From: Ostrea edulis | Lineage: Eukaryota | Reading direction: 5' to 3' | NCBI RefSeq assembly: GCF_947568905.1 | Contig: NC_079168.1 | Span: forward strand, 78,864,001-78,928,000 | Length of the DNA stretch: 64,000 bases | In this document: positions 25,361 through 36,297 of the stretch, in pieces | How positions within the stretch are numbered: position 1 is the stretch's first letter | How the letters are laid out: every line of letters begins with the position of its first letter | Notes under the pieces: model-generated | Seen by the model: only the letters and a program-made list of their open reading frames with translations | Told to the model about the DNA's origin: nothing | Databases searched by the model: none | Translations under genes and position numbers: made by a program

Positions 25361-26884
25361 AATATCAATCTTAACATATATCGCAGTGACGATCTTAAGA
25401 GTTTTACATGTGTTTTGTTATGAATACTCTTTTGAAATTAGATTGTTACTGATTAAATTTACACCAAAAAAAATGCATGTAGGTGTGAATAATTTTGAAA
25501 AAAAAAAAGCTAAAAAAAATTCTTGTTAAAGGTTTAGATTTAGCTCGGATTATTTCCCGCGCTCTAGTCGTTAGAGCTCGCAGTACGAGCCAGCGTTTCC
25601 CACTGTCTCGCTGCGCTCGCTACAAAGCACAGAGTTTGTAACAAGCTCTTGAATAGATATGATAAAGCACAGAGAAATTCACTATATGAATAGATACCCA
25701 CTTCCATTCCTATTCGAGGTTGAACTTACGACTTGCGAAACCAAATCCGATACCGCTCGATAAAACACTTGCAACATGATGAAGAATGCAGAAAAAGCAA
25801 AATCTTACGATGAATGCCTTGTTTCCGTACCTGAAGTTATATACCCAGTAAACACCGGAAACTCTGGGGAAAACAAAATACCTGATTTAGCTTTTATATT
25901 CTAATGCAAATATGGAATAAAGGACCCCCCACCCCGTCAAACTGAAACCAAACACACAATAAAAGTTAAAGACGTCCATAGATTCTTCTCCACGAGCGAT
26001 CATACAGGTGAAACAGCAATCAACAGGAAAACGGTAATCAGTCGGGGAATAATACCGCACCTTGTTTTATGGCATGACCCCAGACAAAACCAAATGAGAT
26101 AACACGAAACGCAAAATATTATCTATAAATGCAAAACTTCCGAATTATCATATAGTGTCGAAAATCAAGCAGACCTCAAAATCAAATCAATACACTGGGT
26201 AAAAACGCTAGTTTCTGAAAAACTTAAACTATATGGAAACCTTGCGGAAATCTCACGTTGAGATTTCCGGTATGGTTTCCGCAGTACGTGATCAAATATA
26301 TAGTTTCCGTCAAATTTCAGTCTGAGGAAACTGAAGGCTATGATGTTTCATGTGCACGGTTTCCACAATGTGTAAACGTTTATATAGTTTCCGTCAAGCT
26401 TCAATCTGTAGAAACTGTAGGCTATAATGTTTTCTGTATGGTTTCCACAGTGGTAAACTAATAATATAGTTTCCGCAAATTGTATGGTTTACGCAATGCT
26501 GAAACTAACCTGAAACTTTTAAACGAAGTACTTTATACTATATCGTTACCATTCTATGGTAATCTGATTAAAATCAGATCCTATGATCCGCTCACGTAGA
26601 TCGCTACACTATGTTCATTTGGCGCTCCATAAAATTCATTCAAATGAACAAAACTGAAGTGAGATGAAATAAAAAGTTTATTGCATGTGTTGTTCATGTT
26701 CATACGTACCAAGCGTGAGTACCACGAGTCGCCAGAGAAGCCTAGCGTACCGGTGTACTTCAATATCAATTCTATTCTTACTACTTGTATTATGCACTCC
26801 GACAAAAATGTCAGTGAAAAGGAAATTAGCTCTTGCTTTATTTTAGCATTTGGTCCCTGGTATATAAAAATTCAAACGTGTTTG

Positions 26885-27251
26885 TTAACTTAAACTGCAG
26901 AGTCCAGTAGCTATAATTACCCCATTCATGTTAACTTAAACTGGATAGTCCAGTAGCTATAATTACTCCATTCATGTTAACTTAAACAGGAGAGTCCATT
27001 AGCTATAATTACCCCATTCATGTTAACTTAAACAGGAGAGTCCATTAGCTATAATTACCCCATTCATGTTAACTTAAACTGGAGAGTCCAGTAGCTATAA
27101 TTATCCCATTCATGTTAACTTAATCTGGAGAGTCCAGTAGCTATAATTACCCCATTCATGTTAACTTAAACTGGAGAGTCCAGTAGCTATAATTACCCCA
27201 TTCATCTTAACTTAAACTGGAGAGTCCTGTAGCTATAATTACCCCATTCAT
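26885..27251. repeat. Tandem array, 46-bp unit, about 8 copies
   Basis: Unit ttaacttaaactggagagtccagtagctataattaccccattcatg at 26885, 26931, 26977 and onward. Confidence 0.95.
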
Positions 27252-28489
27252 TTCTAATCCTGTACACAACCTTTTACTGATTGTTGTATGTACACCGATG
27301 CTAATAGTGTCACGAAAATGACGTGTTGCTAGGAATTTCAATAGTCTTTATTCAACACATCTTAATGCTTTGGGATATCTTATAGGATGCCATACCTTGC
27401 TAATGACCCTTGGTTAGCTTATATTACGAATTCACACAATAGAACGGTCGGGCAGAAGAGGGGCGCCTTGTATTATACCAGTATACAACAATATAACGAA
27501 GCAGAAACATGTGTGGCTGTGTTTTCTGTGCTTATTCTATGATTTTGAGACTTTGTTAGATCTTCCCTTTTTCCTGTACAATGTCGTCTATCTTATGGAG
27601 TAAACTATGCATTATCATGTGTAATTTGAATGTACTAAAATTCACTGTTTTGTTTCAAATGGCCCTGGATTTGTTTTGATACTACCAAAAATTAGTAACA
27701 GGATTAAAACAATACAATAATAGGGATTATGTTAAAGTTCATAAAAGTATTACAGGAACAAAATCATAGAATAAGCACAGAGGTGCAGAGAAGATAAGGA
27801 TGCCTCAGTCAAGCGTGTCAAAAAATGTTATTAGTACAACCATAGAGACGTCAGAGGCCATGTTAAAGGTAAAATTACGCCGAGCAACTTTGACAGGTTG
27901 TCAATATAGCAAATTACATAATTACACCTATACCCGAATGGCTGACGTCTGAAGTCTAATATAAAGAAATGTATATTTAATCGAATATGACACAATTGTA
28001 TGTTATTCTCTGGTCGTTAGAATGATCTTATTTGCAAATACAACCTATTGGTCGTTCTTTCATATTGATTTGTTTTACTATAGATTACTCCGTTTACTTG
28101 ATCAAAACAAATGGTTCACACGCCAGTTTCGAGATACGAACTCTTCTGTATAGGAGGTGCATTTAGTGGAACTTTGAATGCCTAAGTGGGACAGAGTGGA
28201 TATACAGCCAACGAGGAAGACGATGAAATGTATTAAAAGCGGCTTCTCTTTAAATATGTAAATGTGGGAAATACAAAATACTGTCGAAAGAAATGTTTTA
28301 CTGAAGTGGAAAGATACAAACAATGTCATATCTGCAAGAAATATCTTGGATATGGTACTTATGAACAACGAAATAATGTGATAGAATAAGAATTCTATGT
28401 ATTTAATTACTCCCTAAATACTTATCACTTACTTAGTTTGTGTATCAGTCGAATTCGGGTATCAAACAGCGTATGAAAAACTTACTGAG

Positions 28490-28745
28490 TACATTCACTT
28501 ATTTTGTGATGAACATCTGTCCCACTCCCGCGTGTAAACAAATTCTTTCGCGCCTTACTATGTACGAGAGTTCTCCAAAGGGAAATAACTCGGACGTATC
28601 TCGAAACCGGCGTATTGGGGATGCTAACTCCTACTAGGTACTTGATCTCACCTCTGTGTACAGGGGTCCGTGTTTGTTCTATGCTCGATTCTATCTTCTT
28701 TCTAGGGTTTATGAGATTGATCACTGTTCGTTATTTTCACTTTTT
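28490..28745 (+). mobile_element. Diverged Penelope-like 3' end
   Basis: Similar to 12620-12795 (ggggatgctaactcctactagg..ggggtccgtgttt..tatgagattgatcactgttcgttat). Confidence 0.7.
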
Positions 28746-29001
28746 TCATTTTAGAAAACTGATATTTGCTCAGGACGCTCATTAGTATTCAGGAGGAATT
28801 GCGAGCAAGAGTGCTGTCTATGGCGTCAACTTACGGAAACGGTCAAAAATATTTTGTTTATCCCCCCTGCGTTGTTTTCATTTTTTGTTGGTTACCGCAT
28901 TTAAAATTCAATATTAGACAATCACACATTTCAAGTTTCATAAATTTTATCAATGAACGACAAAATGATGAAATATACAACAGCAGTTTGACAGCAACAT
29001 T

Positions 29002-29505
29002 TCAGTACCGCGGTCGCCGCCCACCTCTTTGATGAGAAGGACGGTAGGATAAATCATTAAATCCACCGGAAGTGAAACTTGAAGGTTGGTTTCCTCCACT
29101 CTGCCACTGAGATCCGCCGGGAAAATCTTGCTGGCCAAAATTTGTATCAAATCCTCCGTTATCCCAAGAGGAAGATGAGAATCCGCTTCCTTGTGAACCC
29201 CAACGTCCGGACCTATCGGAGGAAAATCCGTCGAAAGCAGAAACTCCCAACCCGGCGTTGTCAATTCCAAGATCGTTAGCTGAAGGGCTGACGCCTAAAG
29301 CTGGAGCTCCGATAAAATCAGCTGGAAAACCGCCAACATCTCCGATCTGATTTCCGAAGTTCACGCCATTGTTAAATTCTGACATCAATTGTCGTCTATC
29401 AGAGAAGAAATTGCCTCTGGGGGACATGAATCTATTGCCGCCGAATCGGTTGTGTACATGACAGGACGCGAAAGTCAGAAAGAGCAGACCTACTACCGCC
29501 TTCAT
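29002..29505 (-). CDS. Secreted Gly/Phe/Ser/Asp-rich low-complexity protein, 167 aa (cluster gene A)
   Basis: Signal peptide MKAVVGLLFLTFASC. An acceptor lies just before the ATG, and the basic tail is RPSHQRGGRRPRY. Confidence 0.85.
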   Translation of the reverse strand: MKAVVGLLFLTFASCHVHNRFGGNRFMSPRGNFFSDRRQLMSEFNNGVNFGNQIGDVGGFPADFIGAPALGVSPSANDLGIDNAGLGVSAFDGFSSDRSGRWGSQGSGFSSSSWDNGGFDTNFGQQDFPGGSQWQSGGNQPSSFTSGGFNDLSYRPSHQRGGRRPRY

Positions 29506-29787
29506 CTTCTGTTCTTGTAAAATAATTGAGAAAAACTGACGTAATCTTTGTACATGTGAAATAGATAAAATACATGTATTGCAATAAAAAAAAAACTATT
29601 CTGAATTTGTAATGTACCATGAATATAACGTTTTACTCAATTTTAAAACTACATTGTATTTGGGTTTTAAATCTAGAATTATCATGATAATAAAAAAAGA
29701 GTTATGATAACACCAGAGTGAGATTCCTCTTCGTAAAAGGTGCTGAAAAAATATCAAATTGGAGAAAATTTGAATGAAACAAAATAC

Positions 29788-29858
29788 CTTATTATCTTTC
29801 CTCAGAGGGGAGATTCCACGGTTCCAGGCTTAATAGGAGGTTCTAAGGAGGTTTTATA
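29788..29858 (-). promoter_or_regulatory. Putative TATA box (29852-29858) and short non-coding exon 1 of gene A
   Basis: Minus-strand GGTATAAAAC, then donor AAG|gtattt at 29788/29787. Confidence 0.5.
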
Positions 29859-30559
29859 CCGTTAACATCTATAAACATCATGGCGCACTCCGATCATCTG
29901 TTAACGATGTAATCTGATGGATGACAAGCATGATAATGTACTTACTTGGGCTTCCATAAAACACCCATTTTCCCTTCTTTGACCTTCTAAAAAATCTGCA
30001 TAATTCTATTTCTGAAGTAATTATCGTAAAATGACGAGGGTAAATAATAAACAGTGATGAATAGACTCGCCGACAAAGAAATGCATCGTGTTTTAAAGAT
30101 GTAAATATATCCATAAAGTGAGACAGACGGAAACATCGAACACGTGCGTGAATACATTCTTAAGCCTCCTAATATTTATATACTTAAAATTCATGCGGTT
30201 TTTTTTAAAATTCAAATTTACATTCGGGATGTATCTATTAATATTGTAATTACAAGAAGATAAAATTACAATTTTGTATAATCTATGACAATTGTATAAC
30301 AGTTGATTTCAATTTAGAAATTTTCCCCACAATAAGTTCGAAAGATTTATCATTATCATTTGTAAAGCTAAGGAGAATTTAAGTCAGTTCATTTAAAAGT
30401 TTCGGTAAAAACTGGGTCCTTCACATGGTGTATGACCGTGACTGTGCATCTTAAACGACGAGCACTACGTTTGCACACATTGCTCCTGTTGCATTTGCGC
30501 ACGGATTTCTTTAAGGACAATAGTTTTAAATCATTTAATATTTTTTGCTTAGATTGAGT

Positions 30560-30830
30560 TTGCTTAAGAAATTAATTTTATTCTCGAAAATACATGAGCT
30601 TATGAAATAGCATGCTTCATGAAGTTCTCATACGTTGCAGTTCATACCCTCATGCATTTTCATTAATGAAATTCATTTCTTCTATTTACATTCTACTTTT
30701 TACTACATTTTTGTCGAATTTCCAGCCATTAAAATAGACGTTCTATATTCATCAAGTAAGTCCTGTATTCATACACGCATTATTTACAACTGTAACGCGT
30801 TCCAAAAGCAAAAACATTGAGACTAAAAAT
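30560..30830 (+). repeat. Array-less relative of the element carrying the 50-bp array (1435-2000)
   Basis: Shares aagaaattaattt, aatgaaatt..tttcttctatttaca, tgtcgaa..ttaaaatagacgt and gcattatttacaactg in the same order. Confidence 0.65.
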
Positions 30831-31389
30831 AACTACACGTATATGGGTTTGGATAGTGTCATACATCCAGACTTTTCTGCAAAGTAGAATTTGTGCATCT
30901 GAAATGATGACGTCCCCTGATTTCTGATTTAAACCAGATAAAAATTCATTGTGTTCTATATAAAGTAGTCAATGCGCTAGTAATACATCTCGTCTGTTTT
31001 GATCAATGTGCGAAAATATAGCATCTATACGTGTAATTCAGGTCGTTTTACGCATTTATGCGATGTATTACGTCATATACATCCAAATGTAATTCATCCT
31101 TCAGAGGACGTGCATGTTCCTCAGAATGTACCGTGTCAGTTTCTCTACACATCAGAAAAATGGTGTTAAAATTACAAATATTCACTTACATGTTTGTTTA
31201 TCTTGACCTTTTCTCTGTGGCTTCATTTTTTGTCAGTTATATCCCTTTTGTCTATTGCAGTAAACAGATCATTTACTGCAGTGTATGTTACGTGACTATC
31301 AGGCAAGGAGAAAAAACTCTTTTCGATTCATACGTCTGTACACTTGGCATTACAGTTTGTACAATTTCAATTGGAATTTGTCTACTCAA

Positions 31390-32360
31390 ACATTACTTTG
31401 TAATTTTGTCTATGTATTTACCTTACTTTGTACAGTGTATTTTGTAATTTTGTAAATATACAACTTACTTTGTAATTTTGTTTAAGTACACTTTACTTTG
31501 TAATTTTGTAAATATATACCTTACTTTGTAAGTTTGTAAATGTACACCTTACTTTGTAATTTTGTAAATGTACACTTTACTTTGTAAGTTTGTAAATGTA
31601 CACCTTACTTTGTAATTTTGTAAATGTACACTTTACTTTGTACTTTTGTTAATGTACACTTTGCTTTGTCATTTTGTCTAAGTACACTTTACTTTGTAAG
31701 TTTGTAAATGTACACCTTACTTTGTAATTTTTTAAATGTACACTTTACTTTGTAAGTTTGTAAATGTACACCTTACTTTGTAATTTTTTAAATGTACAAC
31801 TTACTTTGTAATTTTGTAAATGTACACCTTACTTTGTAATTTTGTAAATGTACACTTTACTTTGTAAGTTTGTAAATGTACACCTTACTTTGTAATTTTT
31901 TTAAATGTACAACTTACTTTGTAATTTTGTAAATGTACACTTTACTTTGTAATTTTTTAAATGTACACTTTACTTTGTAATTTTTTAAATGTACAACTTA
32001 TTTTATTATTTTGTAAATGTACACTTTACTTTGTAATTTTGTAAATGTACACCTTACTTTGTAATTTTGTAAATATACACCTTACTTTGTAATTTTTTAA
32101 ATGTACAACTTATTTTATTATTTTGTAAATGTACACCTTACTTTGTAATTTTGTAAATGTACACCTTGCTTTGTAATTTTTTAAATGTACACTTAACTTT
32201 GTAATTTTGTTAATGTAGGTATACCTTGCTTTGTAATTTTGTAAATGTACACTTAACTTTGTAATTTTGTTAATGTATACCTTGCTTTGTAATTTTGTAA
32301 ATGTACATCATATTTTGTAAATTTGTCTATGTGTATACCCTGCTTTGTAATTTTGTATAT
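31390..32360. repeat. Minisatellite, about 28-bp unit, about 34 copies; degenerate relatives at 32600-32720 and 33300-33660
   Basis: Unit tttgtaaatgtacac(c/t)ttactttgtaa(t/g), period 28 at 31561/31589. Confidence 0.95.
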
Positions 32361-32760
32361 CTAAACCTTCCTTTTATCTTTTTCTGTGAACACCTTGCAT
32401 TATAATTTTCGGTATATTCCTGGCTTTGCAATCTGCTCATATAACATCTCGTTTTGAACATCTGGTCTTAGAATTGTCCATACGGTACATATACCTTTCA
32501 ATTCTAACTCTGCTTTGTACTTCGTCTATGTGCATAGTACATGTAATGTGTAATTTGCCTGTGTACGCTTTCTTTGTAGTTTGTGTATGTTTACCTTACT
32601 TTTTAATTTGGCTATGTAACCTGTTTTTTTATTTGGCTATGTAACCTGTTTTTGTATTTGTCTATGTAACCTGTTTTTGTATTTGGCTATGTAACCTGTT
32701 TTTGTATTTGTCTATGAGCAATTTGTTTTCCCAACCAATTTTCATTCAACGTCCTTTTAT

Positions 32761-32880
32761 ATGAGTATTCCTTGTGACAAGACCTTTCCGTGGGTACCAA
32801 CATTTTTTACCCTTGACCTTGGAATTTGACCTACTTTTTGAAAACTTTAACCTTGCTAATACCTTTTGAACAGTAAGTGA

Positions 32881-32916
<36 letters not shown>

Positions 32917-32952
32917 CAAGGGCTTTCCGTGGGTACCAACATTTTTGACCCC

Positions 32953-33020
<68 letters not shown>

Positions 33021-33026
33021 AAGAAA

Positions 33027-33060
<34 letters not shown>

Positions 33061-33249
33061 TACAAGATCTTTCCGTTGGTATTGAACCTTTTGACCTTGA
33101 CATTTGACCTACTTTAATTTTTTTTTTTACATTGGTCATAACTTCTAAATGGTAAACATTAGAGCTTTCATATTGTACATGACCATTTCTTTTGACAAGA
33201 TCTTTCTACTGGTACCAAGATATTTGCCCTTGTGACCTTGGCCATCTTC

Positions 33250-33298
<49 letters not shown>

Positions 33299-33299
33299 C
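32761..33299 (+). mobile_element. Helentron/Helitron-like non-autonomous element with an internal about 140-bp tandem array
   Basis: Units at 32761, 32900, 33046 and about 33179 (atgagtattccttgtgacaag). The 3' end has the hairpin gtgtttcacaaacac followed by atcttgtt. Confidence 0.65.
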
Positions 33300-34017
33300 T
33301 ATGTACACCTGATTTTGTATTTTCTATGTACTCTTTGCTTTCTATTTTTCTATGTGCACCTGGATTTGTATTCAAGTACACCTGGGTTTATATTTTTCTT
33401 TATACACCTGGGTTTGTATTTTCTATGTACACTTTCCTTTGTATTTTTCTATGTACACCTGACTTTGTATTTTCTATGTACACTTTGCTTTGTTTTTTTG
33501 TATGTACATCTCTGCATTTGTCTATGATCACCTTGCTTTGTAATTCATCTGCAAACACCTTCCTCTGCATCTATGTATTGATGAAAATTCTTTGCAGGCA
33601 CTCATGTACATCTTGTTTTGCATTTGTTTGTGTACACTTTTTATTTGTCTATGCCCACCTTGTTTGATATTTCATAATTTTCATTGTATGCCTATTTTGC
33701 GATCAATGTGTATAAAAACAGAAAAGGTTCAGAGTCATGTTATTTATTACTAGACAACAAATCACACAAAACAAACTCGTGATCGCAGGACCATCTCACT
33801 GTCTGAACTGGAAGCTGTTAGCGACAATTAGTCTGTAATCAAATAAATAAATTCACGAATGAATAATCACAAACTTCGTTGAAAGGTTTGCAATTTAATG
33901 AAATTAGTAAGTGGTTTTGCGTTTTGAATTGAGGAAATGACTTTTGTAACCAAATAAATGTGTACAAAACTTACCAAAAAGGGAGCAAGAGGCGTCCGCT
34001 TTCTCCTGATTTGTGAG

Positions 34018-35814
34018 TTAATACCCGGATCTCCTTCTGGAGGGACGGCGTGGACGCATCCTTCGGACGTTCCTTCTCCTGGTTATAGTCGGTTGGGTGG
34101 CGTAATACTCATCTTGATTTACAGGGGGGTCAGTCACCACGGGTCTTCTGTAGACTGGACGGCGGGTGGGCTCAGGATAGCTGTATTTACGAGGGTATTT
34201 TGAACTATATCCGTACTTCTTCTTACTCCGCCTCTTCTCATATTTTCCATTGTCATATTTTCCATTATCGTATTTTCCATTGTCGTCTTTTCCATTGTCG
34301 TATGACTTTTTGGTGGGGTATTTTTTGTCCATGTCGTACTTGGTTTGTTTTCTTGGGACGTACTTATCGTAGGAGCCTTTCTGGTGTTTTTCTGGCATCT
34401 TATCGTACTTCGGCTGGTACTTGTCTACAGGTTGGTAATTATCAACCATTTTGTTGGCTTTTGTAGGGTAAGTATCCATATTCTTGTCTACGATGGGATA
34501 TTTGTCGTTCTGATCGAACCTGTTTGGGTAAACATCTAGTCCTCTGTCGTAGACCTTTGTTGGATAAGGCTCGTAAACCTTCGTGGGATATGGGTCAACT
34601 TTTTTGTCCATCTTGGATGGGTAGGTATCAAAGCCCTTCTCGAATTTGGCCGGATAAACGTCTGGGACTTTTTCGTACTTTTTTGATGGTTCATCATATT
34701 TTGGGAACTTGTCGTATCCATTGTCGTACTTACGTGGATATTTGTCCATAGTGTTATCGTACTTTGGTTGGTATTTATCAGCTGGATACTTATCGGCTGG
34801 ATATTTGTCCATTGGATATTTGTCCATTGGATATTTGTCAACTGGATATTTATCCACTGGATACTTATCGGCTGGATATTTGTCCATTGGATATTTGTCA
34901 ACTGGATATTTATCAACTGGATATTTATCCATGGGATACTTATCAACTGGGTATTTATCTACGGGATACTTATCAACTGGATATTTATCCACTGGATATT
35001 TCTCGGCTGGATATTTATCCACTGGATACTTCTCGGTTGGATATTTATCCACGGGATACTTATCAGCTGGATATTTGTCAACTGGATACTTATCGACTGG
35101 ATATTTGTCTACGGGATACTTATCAACTGGATATTTATCCACAGGATACTTTTCATCTGGATATTTGTTCACTGGATATTTGTCTGTCGGGTATTTTTCT
35201 ACTGGGTATTTATCCATTGGATATTTATCGTAGTTTGATGGATTATTTTCCGGATATTTACCGAAAGATTTGTCGGGATAACCATCCGTCTTCTTCGCAG
35301 GATACATGTCCATCTTTTTGTCCATCTGCCGAGGGTAAGCATCCATTTTCTTGTCCATTTTTGGCTGGTAGTTGGAAACATCTTTCTTCATTTGTCCCTG
35401 GCCAACAGGGGGTCTAGGTTGGTAGTTCGTATCCACAATGATGGCCTGGTTTTCGTCGTTGTCGAAAGCTCTAGTCTCAATAATACCAACTCCACTTTGG
35501 ACGGTTCCAAAATCGGTCTGGACATCAAATGGACGGCCGACGACATCGAGTCCTCGGACCTGAGCTACTGCGGTATCGAATCCTGGGGGCATCCCATTCT
35601 CAAGTCCCACAACAGCTACTGTATCGAATGTATTGGGTGTATTGGAGAATCCACTTCCGCCGTCTCTGGGAAACGGAACGTCAGCGGTTATACGCCCGCC
35701 AAAGTTATCTCCTGCGATCTGGAATGTGTCCACGCAATTTGGATCACGGGGATCACACACTTGCTGACAAAGAGTCGAGGATAGGAACAAGAGGGAGAGT
35801 ACTATCGTCAACAT
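34018..35814 (-). CDS. Secreted 598-aa Tyr/Lys/Asp/Pro repeat protein with about 30 tandem [DE]KYP[VMAT] pentapeptides (cluster gene B)
   Basis: Acceptor ttaacag|ATG and signal peptide MLTIVLSLLFLSSTLC. CDPRDPNC motif, 15-bp repeat at about 34770-35230, and tail RRMRPRRPSRRRSGY. Confidence 0.92.
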   Translation of the reverse strand: MLTIVLSLLFLSSTLCQQVCDPRDPNCVDTFQIAGDNFGGRITADVPFPRDGGSGFSNTPNTFDTVAVVGLENGMPPGFDTAVAQVRGLDVVGRPFDVQTDFGTVQSGVGIIETRAFDNDENQAIIVDTNYQPRPPVGQGQMKKDVSNYQPKMDKKMDAYPRQMDKKMDMYPAKKTDGYPDKSFGKYPENNPSNYDKYPMDKYPVEKYPTDKYPVNKYPDEKYPVDKYPVDKYPVDKYPVDKYPVDKYPADKYPVDKYPTEKYPVDKYPAEKYPVDKYPVDKYPVDKYPVDKYPMDKYPVDKYPVDKYPMDKYPADKYPVDKYPVDKYPMDKYPMDKYPADKYPADKYQPKYDNTMDKYPRKYDNGYDKFPKYDEPSKKYEKVPDVYPAKFEKGFDTYPSKMDKKVDPYPTKVYEPYPTKVYDRGLDVYPNRFDQNDKYPIVDKNMDTYPTKANKMVDNYQPVDKYQPKYDKMPEKHQKGSYDKYVPRKQTKYDMDKKYPTKKSYDNGKDDNGKYDNGKYDNGKYEKRRSKKKYGYSSKYPRKYSYPEPTRRPVYRRPVVTDPPVNQDEYYATQPTITRRRNVRRMRPRRPSRRRSGY

Positions 35815-36234
35815 CTGTTAAAATATTTAACAATGACTTAGATATGTCTACAACTGACCATTCATCGTTAAGAAAAAAGACTATTGTAAATTGTACTTTA
35901 TTTCACAGGGAATAACATTATAACATGGTGATTTTACAGTAATTAAATCATACTTCAATCTTACAAAGAAGATTCTCAGTCATCATTATTTGGTGAATAG
36001 TTTACATAATTAATCAAAGTAGAAGTTAATACGGTAACCTACATTTTTGGAATGCATGCTGAATTATGCTTTATCCGTTTATTTTATCATTCAGTTAAAA
36101 ACTTGATTATACATACTGATATCTAGTTTCAAGATTAATTATAAAACATTGGTTTGTTTTTAAATATATATGCATATGCATAAATTCATTTTTACCAATT
36201 CACGATCTGTTTCACTTCCACACCTAATTCTTAC

Positions 36235-36297
36235 CTCTCTTCAGCTCGGTGAACTGCTTTTCCGATGACTTGTGAAACTGTTGACGCCTTTTATATA
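36235..36297 (-). promoter_or_regulatory. TATA box (36289-36297) and non-coding exon 1 of gene B
   Basis: Minus-strand TATATAAAAGG, then donor GAG|gtaaga at 36235/36234. Confidence 0.7.

Noticed and set aside
1512-27251. 50-bp, 78-bp and 46-bp arrays as CRISPR-like arrays
   Set aside because: The units are head-to-tail with no unique spacers, no cas genes are present, and the context is eukaryotic.
34524-35417. Alternative-frame and antisense ORFs (GYLST, WIFV, LDI repeats)
   Set aside because: These are shadows of the 15-bp repeat of gene B and lack signal peptides or gene structure.
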